In this document: positions 56,443 through 64,000 of the stretch, piece after piece
How positions within the stretch are numbered: the stretch's first letter is position 1
How the letters are laid out: each line of letters opens with the position of its first letter
DNA from: Actinomycetota bacterium
GTDB taxonomy: Bacteria; Actinomycetota; Actinomycetes; Nanopelagicales; Nanopelagicaceae
DNA length: 64,000 nucleotides
Reading direction: 5' to 3'
Assembly: GCA_037200085.1 (NCBI GenBank)
Contig: JBBCHT010000007.1
Coordinates: forward strand, 118-64,117
Notes under the pieces: generated by a model
The model's database searches: none
Told to the model about the DNA's origin: nothing
What the model saw: only the letters and a program-made list of their open reading frames with translations
Made by a program: the position numbers and the translations under genes

Positions 56443-57359
56443 ATGGCCGCCAAAGATCTTTATGAGAAGGATCTCTACAAGATCCTTGGCGTAGAAAAGA
56501 ATGCCAATAGTCAGGAGATAAAGAGCGCTTACCGCGCGCTGGCTCGTGAATTGCATCCAGACAAGAACAAAGGCGACAAAGTTCTTGAAGAAAAGTTCAA
56601 AGCCGTCTCTGAAGCCAATGACATTTTGTCTGATGAGAAAAAACGAGCCGAGTACGACGATGCACGCGCTCGATTTGAGCGAGGCGGATTTCGCGCTCCG
56701 ACTGGTGGCGCAGCAGGAAGTGCTGGAGATTTCGGTGACATATTCGGAAACGGCTCACCTCAGGACATTTTCGCCAATCTCTTCGGTGGCAAACGTGGAC
56801 CTCGACGTGGTCAAGATCTTCAAACCGAATCGACTATCTCCTTTAGAGAATCGATCTTTGGAACCACTCTTGAGTTGCGCTTAACGAGTGCGAGCGGCAC
56901 GCCCCAAAACATCACAGCGCGGGTGCCAGCCGGAGTTACAGATGGCGGGAAAATTCGACTCAAAGGTAAAGGGGCGCAAGGTGAAGGTGGTCCCGGTGAT
57001 CTCTTCATCAATCTCCATGTCACTCCACACCCGCTCTTTGCCCACGTCGGGAACAACTTAACGATTACTTTGCCGGTCACTTTTACCGAAGCGGCCCTCG
57101 GCGCCGATATCAAAATCCCGACCCTTACAGGCGAGGAAGTCACGGTGAGGATCTCTCCGGTACCCCAAGTGGACGAGTTCTGCGGATAAAGGATCGGGGA
57201 GTTACGACATCGGATGGGAAAGGCGATCTACTCGTCACCATCGACGTTCAAGTTCCGCGGCGAATCGATGGAGCGGCTCGGCGAGCGCTCGAAGATTTTG
57301 CCAAAGCTACAGCTGGCGATGATGTAAGAGCGGACTTCACAAGCAAGGCAAAATTGTGA
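56443..57359 (+). CDS. dnaJ: J-domain co-chaperone, class II (no zinc-finger domain); one frameshift at GG 57159-57160
   Basis: ORF 56443-57189 plus a repaired tail (...ISPGTPSGRVLRIKDRGV...) to TGA 57357-57359. HPD motif (ELHPDKN) and a G/F region. No CxxCxGxG repeats. Confidence 0.85.
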
Positions 57360-57757
57360 GCGAGTTCGATCTTCAGATTTCTGAACACCCAGAACGCGAT
57401 GACGATGCCGCGGTCTATGTAATTTCCGTTGCATCTCAATTATCGGGATTACATCCGCAAACTCTTCGCCAATACGATCGTTTGGGTTTGGTATCTCCAG
57501 GTCGCGCGAGTGGACGCGGTCGAAGATATTCACTTCGCGACATCGCTCTGCTTCGAAATGTTCAGCGATTAATCGGTGAAGGAATCAATCACGCAGGTAT
57601 CAAACGAATTATTGAATTGGAATCGGCCGTAGCGAATATGGCCATTGAGGTAGCGAAGTTGCGCGTTGAAATGGATGCGCTCCTCTCCTCAAAATCCCCG
57701 AAGTCGGTAACCAAGCGCACTTCCACACCAGTTGTGATTTACAAGCAAGAGGGCTGA
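57356..57757 (+). CDS. hspR: MerR-family heat-shock repressor HspR
   Basis: Intact 133-aa ORF. HTH YVISVASQLSGLHPQTLRQYDRLGL. GTGA overlap with dnaJ. Confidence 0.9.
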   Translation: MSEFDLQISEHPERDDDAAVYVISVASQLSGLHPQTLRQYDRLGLVSPGRASGRGRRYSLRDIALLRNVQRLIGEGINHAGIKRIIELESAVANMAIEVAKLRVEMDALLSSKSPKSVTKRTSTPVVIYKQEG

Positions 57758-57784
57758 TCGCCAAGCAAAAGGTATGCTCGCTTC

Positions 57785-58318
57785 ATGAGCGCTCGCGAAG
57801 AGTTGAAGCAGGAAATCATTTCGAAAGCCGTTGTCCACGGAAAAGTAATTTTATCTTCAGGTAAAGAAGCAGATTATTACGTTGATCTTCGCAGAGTTAC
57901 CCTCGATGCTACCGCTGCTCCACTCGTTGGAGCTGTGATGTTGGATCTTTTAGATGGATGGGATTACGACGCTGTCGGTGGACTAACACTTGGCGCAGAT
58001 CCCGTCGCTACAGCGATCATGCATGTGGCTGGGCAATATGGAAAAAGGATTGATTCCTTCGTTGTACGAAAAGCGGAGAAGGCCCATGGATTGCAACGAC
58101 GTATTGAAGGTCCAGATGTTAAAGGACGAAGAGTTGTTGCCGTTGAAGATACGTCGACAACCGGAGGTTCTGTTTTAACTGCCGTCGAAGCGTTACGAGA
58201 AGCAGGTGCGATTGTTGTTGGCGTTGCTGTGATTGTTGAGCGAGGTGCAGAACCTGCAATTCGCGAAGCTGGTTTGGAATATCGAAGTGCTTATTCGTTA
58301 CAAGAATTGGGGTTATGA
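57785..58318 (+). CDS. pyrE: Orotate phosphoribosyltransferase
   Basis: Intact 177-aa ORF. PRPP motif VVAVEDTSTTGGS. Confidence 0.9.
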   Translation: MSAREELKQEIISKAVVHGKVILSSGKEADYYVDLRRVTLDATAAPLVGAVMLDLLDGWDYDAVGGLTLGADPVATAIMHVAGQYGKRIDSFVVRKAEKAHGLQRRIEGPDVKGRRVVAVEDTSTTGGSVLTAVEALREAGAIVVGVAVIVERGAEPAIREAGLEYRSAYSLQELGL

Positions 58319-58319
58319 A

Positions 58320-59285
58320 ATGTCGCTTCCGCAAAGAACACTTGGCAACTGGAAAGTTTCAGCAATGGGGTTGGGTTGCATGCCTCTCTCTGGTCTACCA
58401 ACTACAAAGGCATACATGCTTGATGATCGCGCAGGTGCAATCAAAGTGATTCAAACTGCTTTGGATGCAGGCGTTACTTTGCTAGATACAGCCGATATTT
58501 ATGCGACAAATTGGATTAGTTTCGGCCACAACGAAAGGCTTGTTGCAGAAGCTTTTAGAACATGGAGCGGTAGCGCCGAGGCTAAATCGAAAGTAGTTAT
58601 CGCTACTAAAGGTGGCATTACTCGTGGACCAAAGGAAACGTGGGGACGTGCAGCAACTAGTGATTATTTGTTGCGGGCAGCTGAGGCATCAGCTCTGCGA
58701 CTTGGCGTAGATAAAATTCAACTCTGGCAACATCACCGTTTGGATCCATCAATTGCTTTTGAAACGCAATTTGAGAATGTATTGGTTCTTTTGGAACGCG
58801 GTTTAGTTGAAAGAATTGGTGTCAGCAATTACAACCCAGAACAACTACGTCGCGCAATTAAAATTGGCGGTACGCCAGCCCAAGGTGGGTTGATCTCGGT
58901 TCAGAATCAATACAGTGTGAGATATCGCAATGATGCCGAAATATTTTCCATCTGCGAAGAGAATGGAATTGCATTCTTTCCATGGTCACCTCTTGGTGGC
59001 GTGAGACGCGCCAACGAATTGGGCGGCGGTGAGTATTCAGTTTTCACTTCAATGGCAGAGAAGAAAGGTGTTTCGCCTTACGCGCTCGCAATTGCGTGGC
59101 ACTTACACATTTCTCCGATTTCTATTCCGATTCCTGGAGCGACAAAAGTTGAATCCGTGACAGATAGTTTGGTGGGACTCTCAATTTCATTGTCAGCTGC
59201 CGAGGTCGAAGAATTGAATTCACACTTGCCAGAAAGTGGACCAGTTGACGGTGAGTTGCTCAACCAACCGCCATTCAGAGATTAA
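58320..59285 (+). CDS. Aldo/keto reductase
   Basis: MSLPQRTLGNWKVSAMGLGCM starts at ATG 58320, inside ORF 58233-59285. LLDTADIY; PIPGATK. Confidence 0.8.
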   Translation: MSLPQRTLGNWKVSAMGLGCMPLSGLPTTKAYMLDDRAGAIKVIQTALDAGVTLLDTADIYATNWISFGHNERLVAEAFRTWSGSAEAKSKVVIATKGGITRGPKETWGRAATSDYLLRAAEASALRLGVDKIQLWQHHRLDPSIAFETQFENVLVLLERGLVERIGVSNYNPEQLRRAIKIGGTPAQGGLISVQNQYSVRYRNDAEIFSICEENGIAFFPWSPLGGVRRANELGGGEYSVFTSMAEKKGVSPYALAIAWHLHISPISIPIPGATKVESVTDSLVGLSISLSAAEVEELNSHLPESGPVDGELLNQPPFRD

Positions 59286-59295
59286 TTTTGGAAAA

Positions 59296-59934
59296 TTAAC
59301 TCAAGTGTCGTTTTGTTCTGATCTCTCGAAGAATTTGTAGACCGAGCGGAAGAAGTGAAAGAGCAATAATTACTCCGACGATCGGCAAGAGATAAGAGTC
59401 GATTGAGCCTTTGAGTTTTTCTCCAATGATGTAGCCGAGCAAAATGACTCCGTCACTCCAAAGAATTCCGCCGATCACATTGAAAATGAAGAATTTCTTC
59501 GCTGGTATGCGAACGATTCCGCAGAGTGGATTGATAAGGGTTCTAACGATCGGGATGTAACGAGCGAGAATGATTGCCCGTCCTGGTCCATATTTTTTGA
59601 GCCACTTTTCTGTCGCGGCAACTCGTTCGTGGTTGAAGAACCGTCCATCGGGTCGATCAAAGAATGGCCGACCAAATCGCCCTCCGAGATAGTGACCGAG
59701 TTGAGAGCCAAGAATTGTGGCGATCGGTGCGCCCACAAAGAGAATTACTGGAGAGAGGTGGGCACCACCCAAAACAGCGGCGGCACTTCCCGAGGCTGCA
59801 ACGCCAGCAATAAAGAGGAGCGAATCCCCTGGAAAGACCAGACCGATCAGGAGTCCGGTTTCGGTGAAGAGGATGGCAAGAACCCCAGCCGCCCCTAGAT
59901 CGGTAATGATGGACTTGGCGTCAAGGAGGTTCAT
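59296..59934 (-). CDS. DedA-family membrane protein
   Basis: Intact 212-aa ORF. Motifs VFPGDSLLFIAG and ARYIPIVRT. Confidence 0.8.
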   Translation of the reverse strand: MNLLDAKSIITDLGAAGVLAILFTETGLLIGLVFPGDSLLFIAGVAASGSAAAVLGGAHLSPVILFVGAPIATILGSQLGHYLGGRFGRPFFDRPDGRFFNHERVAATEKWLKKYGPGRAIILARYIPIVRTLINPLCGIVRIPAKKFFIFNVIGGILWSDGVILLGYIIGEKLKGSIDSYLLPIVGVIIALSLLPLGLQILREIRTKRHLS

Positions 59935-60059
59935 AGGTAGACCCTAATAGATAGGTACACCTGTAGAAATTTAGGGGTATCGCTGAGAGTGTGGGTAGGC
60001 TTCCCTCACTTTGGCTTATCCATACCCCGCTCGGGGTCCCAAACTCCAATGGAGGAGAA

Positions 60060-62336
60060 ATGCGAGCTGCTAGCTCTCTCGTGCATGTAACCGGAAGTAA
60101 CCTGACATATGTCTACATAGTTCTAGCGATCTCCCTCGGAGCCCTCGCTATTGCATGGGCGCTTAGGGCGCAGGTTCTGGCCGCTGATGAAGGTACTGAA
60201 AATATGAAGGAGATCGCCGCCGCTGTGCAAGAAGGCGCCGCTGCATATCTTCGACGACAATTCCAAACTCTCTCGTACTTTGTCGGAATCGTCTTCTTAC
60301 TTTTATTTGCTCTACCAGGCACTTCAGATATTCGAATTGGTCGTTCACTCTTCTTCCTTATCGGCGCAGCCTTTAGCGCGCTCGTGGGATACAACGGTAT
60401 GTGGCTTGCAGTGCGCGCGAATGTACGCGTCGCAGAAGCAGCGCGACAAAATTCATCTGAGCGAGCGGTACAGATTGCATTTAGAACCGGTGGCGTAGTT
60501 GGTATGACAACGGTTGGTCTTGGACTCGTTGGTGCCTCACTTGTCGTCATCCTTTATAAGGAGAATGCTCCTTCAGTACTTGAAGGATTTGGATTTGGTG
60601 CTGCGATGCTCGCGATGTTTATGCGTGTTGGCGGCGGTATTTTCACGAAGGCAGCCGATGTCGGAGCTGACCTTGTTGGAAAAGTTGAAAAGAATATTCC
60701 AGAAGATGACCCACGTAACGCAGCAACAATTGCAGATAACGTTGGCGATAACGTTGGCGATTGCGCTGGAATGGCTGCTGACTTATTCGAGTCCTACGCA
60801 GTAACACTTGTTGCAGCACTTATCTTAGGAAAAGCTGGCTTCGGTGATTCTGGTCTTATCTTCCCATTGATCGTTCCTGCAATTGGAACTGTTACCGCGG
60901 TCATCGGTATTTTCCTAACACGAATGCGCAAGACAGATAAGAGCGCAATGAGCGCAATTAACCGTTCATTCTTCTTATCAGCTGTAATCAGCGCTGTTCT
61001 TACTGGTCTTGCAACCTTTGTTTACCTACCAGGTGATTTCAAACTTCTCACTGGTCTTTCAGATGATGCAGTTGCAGATGCAGGAACACTTAACCCACGC
61101 GTAATCGCATTTGGCGCAGTGTTGATTGGTATTGCTCTTGCTGCTTCGATCCAAGTACTTACCGGATTCTTTACCGCAGTTGGACGTCGTCCAGTAAATG
61201 ATGTTGCCGCTTCATCGCAAACAGGTGCAGCGACAGTTCTTCTCTCCGGTATTTCGGTTGGATTTGAATCTGCGGTTTATTCTGCAGTGTTGATTGCATC
61301 GGCAGTCTTCGGTGCATTCCTTCTCGGTGGAGGAAGCATCGTTCTCTCACTCCTCGCAATTTCATTGGCAGGTACTGGTTTATTGACGACTGTTGGTGTC
61401 ATCGTCGCAATGGATACCTTCGGACCAATTTCTGATAACGCGCAAGGTATTGCCGAAATGTCTGGCGATGTTGAAGGAGAAGGTTCAGCAATTTTGACTT
61501 CACTTGATGCAGTTGGAAATACAACGAAAGCAATCACTAAGGGAATTGCAATTGCAACAGCTGTTCTTGCAGCAACTGCGCTCTTCGGTGCCTTCACCGA
61601 TGCAATCAAGAAAGCAGTTGAAGATGCAGGAAAAGTTGCAGGCAATCTTGCATCCCAGTATCAAGGAATTCTCGATGTTGCCAATCCTCGCAACTTGGTT
61701 GGTCTCATCATTGGTGCAGCAGTTGTATTCCTATTCTCTGGTCTTGCAATCAATGCAGTATCTAGAGCGGCAGGTGCTGTCGTTGTTGAAGTTCGTAAGC
61801 AATTCATCGAACATCCTGGAATCATGGCTGGCACAGAAAAGCCTGAGTACGGTCGCGTTGTAGATATTTGTACTCGTGATTCTCTCCGTGAACTTGCAAC
61901 GCCAGGTCTTCTCGCAGTTATGGCGCCAATCGCAGTTGGTTTTGGTCTTGGTGTTGGTGCACTTGGCGCTTACCTTGCTGGTGCAATTGGTACCGGAACG
62001 CTGATGGCAGTCTTCCTAGCCAACTCCGGTGGAGCTTGGGATAATGCAAAGAAGATGGTTGAAGATGGTCACTACGGTGGCAAGGGCTCTGATGCTCACT
62101 CTGCAACAATCATCGGAGACACTGTCGGAGATCCATTTAAAGATACTGCTGGTCCTGCAATCAACCCACTTATCAAAGTTATGAACTTGGTTGGTCTTTT
62201 GATTACTCCAGCAATCGTCAGCATGGCGCTAGGTGGACATACCGTCCCAAGCACAATTATTGGATTAGTCGCCTTCGCAGTAATTGTTGGCGCACTCATT
62301 CATAATCGTCGCAAGTCCACGGCTATCGAGATTTAG
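60060..62336 (+). CDS. hppA: Membrane-bound H+-translocating pyrophosphatase, K+-independent type
   Basis: Intact ORF. ATG 60060 follows GGAGGAG. Motifs DNVGDNVGDCAGMAADLFESY and GNTTKA (Lys variant). Confidence 0.9.
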   Translation: MRAASSLVHVTGSNLTYVYIVLAISLGALAIAWALRAQVLAADEGTENMKEIAAAVQEGAAAYLRRQFQTLSYFVGIVFLLLFALPGTSDIRIGRSLFFLIGAAFSALVGYNGMWLAVRANVRVAEAARQNSSERAVQIAFRTGGVVGMTTVGLGLVGASLVVILYKENAPSVLEGFGFGAAMLAMFMRVGGGIFTKAADVGADLVGKVEKNIPEDDPRNAATIADNVGDNVGDCAGMAADLFESYAVTLVAALILGKAGFGDSGLIFPLIVPAIGTVTAVIGIFLTRMRKTDKSAMSAINRSFFLSAVISAVLTGLATFVYLPGDFKLLTGLSDDAVADAGTLNPRVIAFGAVLIGIALAASIQVLTGFFTAVGRRPVNDVAASSQTGAATVLLSGISVGFESAVYSAVLIASAVFGAFLLGGGSIVLSLLAISLAGTGLLTTVGVIVAMDTFGPISDNAQGIAEMSGDVEGEGSAILTSLDAVGNTTKAITKGIAIATAVLAATALFGAFTDAIKKAVEDAGKVAGNLASQYQGILDVANPRNLVGLIIGAAVVFLFSGLAINAVSRAAGAVVVEVRKQFIEHPGIMAGTEKPEYGRVVDICTRDSLRELATPGLLAVMAPIAVGFGLGVGALGAYLAGAIGTGTLMAVFLANSGGAWDNAKKMVEDGHYGGKGSDAHSATIIGDTVGDPFKDTAGPAINPLIKVMNLVGLLITPAIVSMALGGHTVPSTIIGLVAFAVIVGALIHNRRKSTAIEI

Positions 62337-62385
62337 ATCCCGACGACAACCTGTCCATTAATTCACAATTCAATGATGGATAGTG

Positions 62386-64000
62386 ATGCCTAAAAAAGTG
62401 GCGAAGTCAGAGCACAAAGGTCGTACTGATCTGAAGAAGCTGGTGATTGTTGAATCACCAGCTAAAGCTCGCAAAATTGGCGGCTACCTCGGCGATGACT
62501 ACATCGTCGAGGCTAGCGTGGGCCATATTCGCGATTTACCTCAGCGGGCCGCTGATATTCCCAAGGAATACAAGGGAATTGCGTGGGCAAAAGAGGGAGT
62601 AAATATCGAAGAGGATTTTGCTCCTCTCTACGTTATTAATCCCGATAAGAAAGCAAAAGTTGCTGAGTTAAAGGCGCTAATGAAAGATGTCGATGAATTA
62701 ATTCTTGCAACGGATGAAGATCGAGAGGGTGAAGCCATTGCTTGGCATTTGGTCGAAGTACTGCAGCCAAAAATTCCATTTACGCGAATGGTTTTCAATG
62801 AAATCACCAAAGAGGCAATACAAAAAGCTGTAAGCCAGACACGTGATCTGGACTATCACTTGATTGATGCACAAGAAACTCGACGAGTACTCGATCGCTT
62901 ATTTGGTTATCGACTCTCGCCAGTTCTTTGGAAGAAAGTCATGCCTCGCATATCTGCCGGTCGAGTGCAATCTGTTGCTACGCGATTGATTGTAGAAAAA
63001 GAACGTGAGCGAATGGCATTCATCTCATCCTCATGGTGGGATCTCACTGCAAAGTGTGAGTTAGGTTTTGATGCGCGACTTATTAGCGTAGATGGCAAAA
63101 AAGTTGCAGCAACGAGTGACTTCGGTGCAGATGGAGCAATAAAGGAAAAATCTGCAACAAATATTCTTCTTCTCGATGAAGTCAGCGCAAAGGATTTAGT
63201 TGCTTCTTTGGCATCATCATCTTTGACTGTGAAAACAATGGAGGAGTCTCCACGGACAGAGAGACCTAAAGCTCCATTCACAACATCCACACTTCAGCAA
63301 GATGCAGGTGGACGCCTTGGTTGGGGCGCGCAAATCACAATGCGAATTGCTCAACGACTTTACGAAAACGGTTACATAACTTATATGCGTACCGATTCAG
63401 TCAATCTCTCCGCTCAAGCTGTAACTGCTGCGCGCGCCTCGGCTAAAGCGCTCTATGGTGCAGACCATCTCTCTGAAACCCCCCGCGTTTATGCAAGCAA
63501 AAGTAAAAACGCCCAAGAAGCGCACGAAGCGATTCGACCTGCAGGAGATTCATTTCGAACGCCAGGTGAGTTAGCGCCAGAGTTGTCGCGCGATGAATTC
63601 GCACTCTATGACTTGATTTGGAAGCGAACAGTTGCATCGCAGATGGCTGATGCTAAAAAGTTGCAGATGCGCGTTGATTTTGAAGCGGTGACAAATGATG
63701 CTCGCAATTTGATTTTTAGAGCCAATGGTTCTGTTGTTACTTTTCAAGGATTTCTAGCAGCTTATGACGATGTAACAGATGAAAAGGTCGATGAAGAAAG
63801 TGAAGATCGACGCCTTCCGGCAATGACTTTGGGCCAATCGATAAAGGTGAGTGAATTTGCTTGCGAAGGTCATGACACAAAGCCACCGGCTCGTTATACA
63901 GAACCAACTCTCGTAAAAAAACTTGAAGAACTTGGAATCGGTCGCCCTTCAACATTTGCATCAATCATCGCAACTATTCAAGATCGTGGTTATGTCTATA
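62386..64000 (+). CDS. topA: DNA topoisomerase I, 3'-partial (runs off the window)
   Basis: Not in the ORF track because it has no stop in the window. Read manually from ATG 62386: KKLVIVESPAKARKIGGYLG, ATDEDREGEAIAWH (TOPRIM), SAGRVQSVATRLIVEKE. The frame is open to 64000. Confidence 0.9.
   Translation, partial: MPKKVAKSEHKGRTDLKKLVIVESPAKARKIGGYLGDDYIVEASVGHIRDLPQRAADIPKEYKGIAWAKEGVNIEEDFAPLYVINPDKKAKVAELKALMKDVDELILATDEDREGEAIAWHLVEVLQPKIPFTRMVFNEITKEAIQKAVSQTRDLDYHLIDAQETRRVLDRLFGYRLSPVLWKKVMPRISAGRVQSVATRLIVEKERERMAFISSSWWDLTAKCELGFDARLISVDGKKVAATSDFGADGAIKEKSATNILLLDEVSAKDLVASLASSSLTVKTMEESPRTERPKAPFTTSTLQQDAGGRLGWGAQITMRIAQRLYENGYITYMRTDSVNLSAQAVTAARASAKALYGADHLSETPRVYASKSKNAQEAHEAIRPAGDSFRTPGELAPELSRDEFALYDLIWKRTVASQMADAKKLQMRVDFEAVTNDARNLIFRANGSVVTFQGFLAAYDDVTDEKVDEESEDRRLPAMTLGQSIKVSEFACEGHDTKPPARYTEPTLVKKLEELGIGRPSTFASIIATIQDRGYVY

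Noticed and set aside
60113-62299. Several minus- and plus-strand off-frame ORFs inside hppA (for example 60113-60550, 61277-61645, 61504-61863).
   Set aside because: They are shadows of a highly conserved, intact 759-aa gene with biased codon composition, and have no independent signals.

Overview
Chromosomal segment of an Actinomycetota genome. The call rests on synteny: PBP-GT87-like-rpsF-ssb-rpsR-rplI-dnaB, dnaK-grpE-dnaJ-hspR with a HAIR operator, MFS::tmk-holB, and topA. By eye it is AT-richer than classical actinobacteria, so a streamlined lineage is possible, but that is inference only. Most of the window is housekeeping. The main accessory element is a ~23.6 kb cell-surface glycan island (5252-28824) that ends at a tRNA-Thr. 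The island encodes three NDP-sugar routes: CDP-3,6-dideoxyhexose (rfbF/G/H), dTDP-rhamnose (rmlABCD), and GDP-mannose 4,6-dehydratase. It also carries a YerE-like ThDP enzyme plus an SDR. These are translationally coupled to a DmpF/DmpG-like acetaldehyde dehydrogenase/aldolase pair, which is my best candidate for undescribed chemistry (a branched or chain-extended sugar). Further island genes are several GT2/GT4 enzymes, two GtrB-like enzymes, a large GT-C-like membrane protein, three methyltransferases and an ABC exporter. Other notable points are listed in the findings: (1) very many 1-nt homopolymer indels break most genes between 1 and ~49 kb, including essential ones (dnaB, ssb, rpsR, rplI, holB, dcd), while 8.8-13.5 kb and 49.4-64 kb are almost clean; this most likely reflects consensus errors, not pseudogenes. 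(2) An abrupt head-to-head junction at ~33392 joins a 5'-truncated class A PBP to an apparently 5'-truncated amidohydrolase. (3) An array of DnaA-box-like motifs lies upstream of dnaB. (4) tmk-holB at the window start and topA at the window end have the same orientation as a trio that is contiguous in other actinobacteria. I recognised no CRISPR array, integrase, transposase, prophage or defence-system genes. Coordinates of frameshifted genes are my reconstructions across ORF-track fragments.
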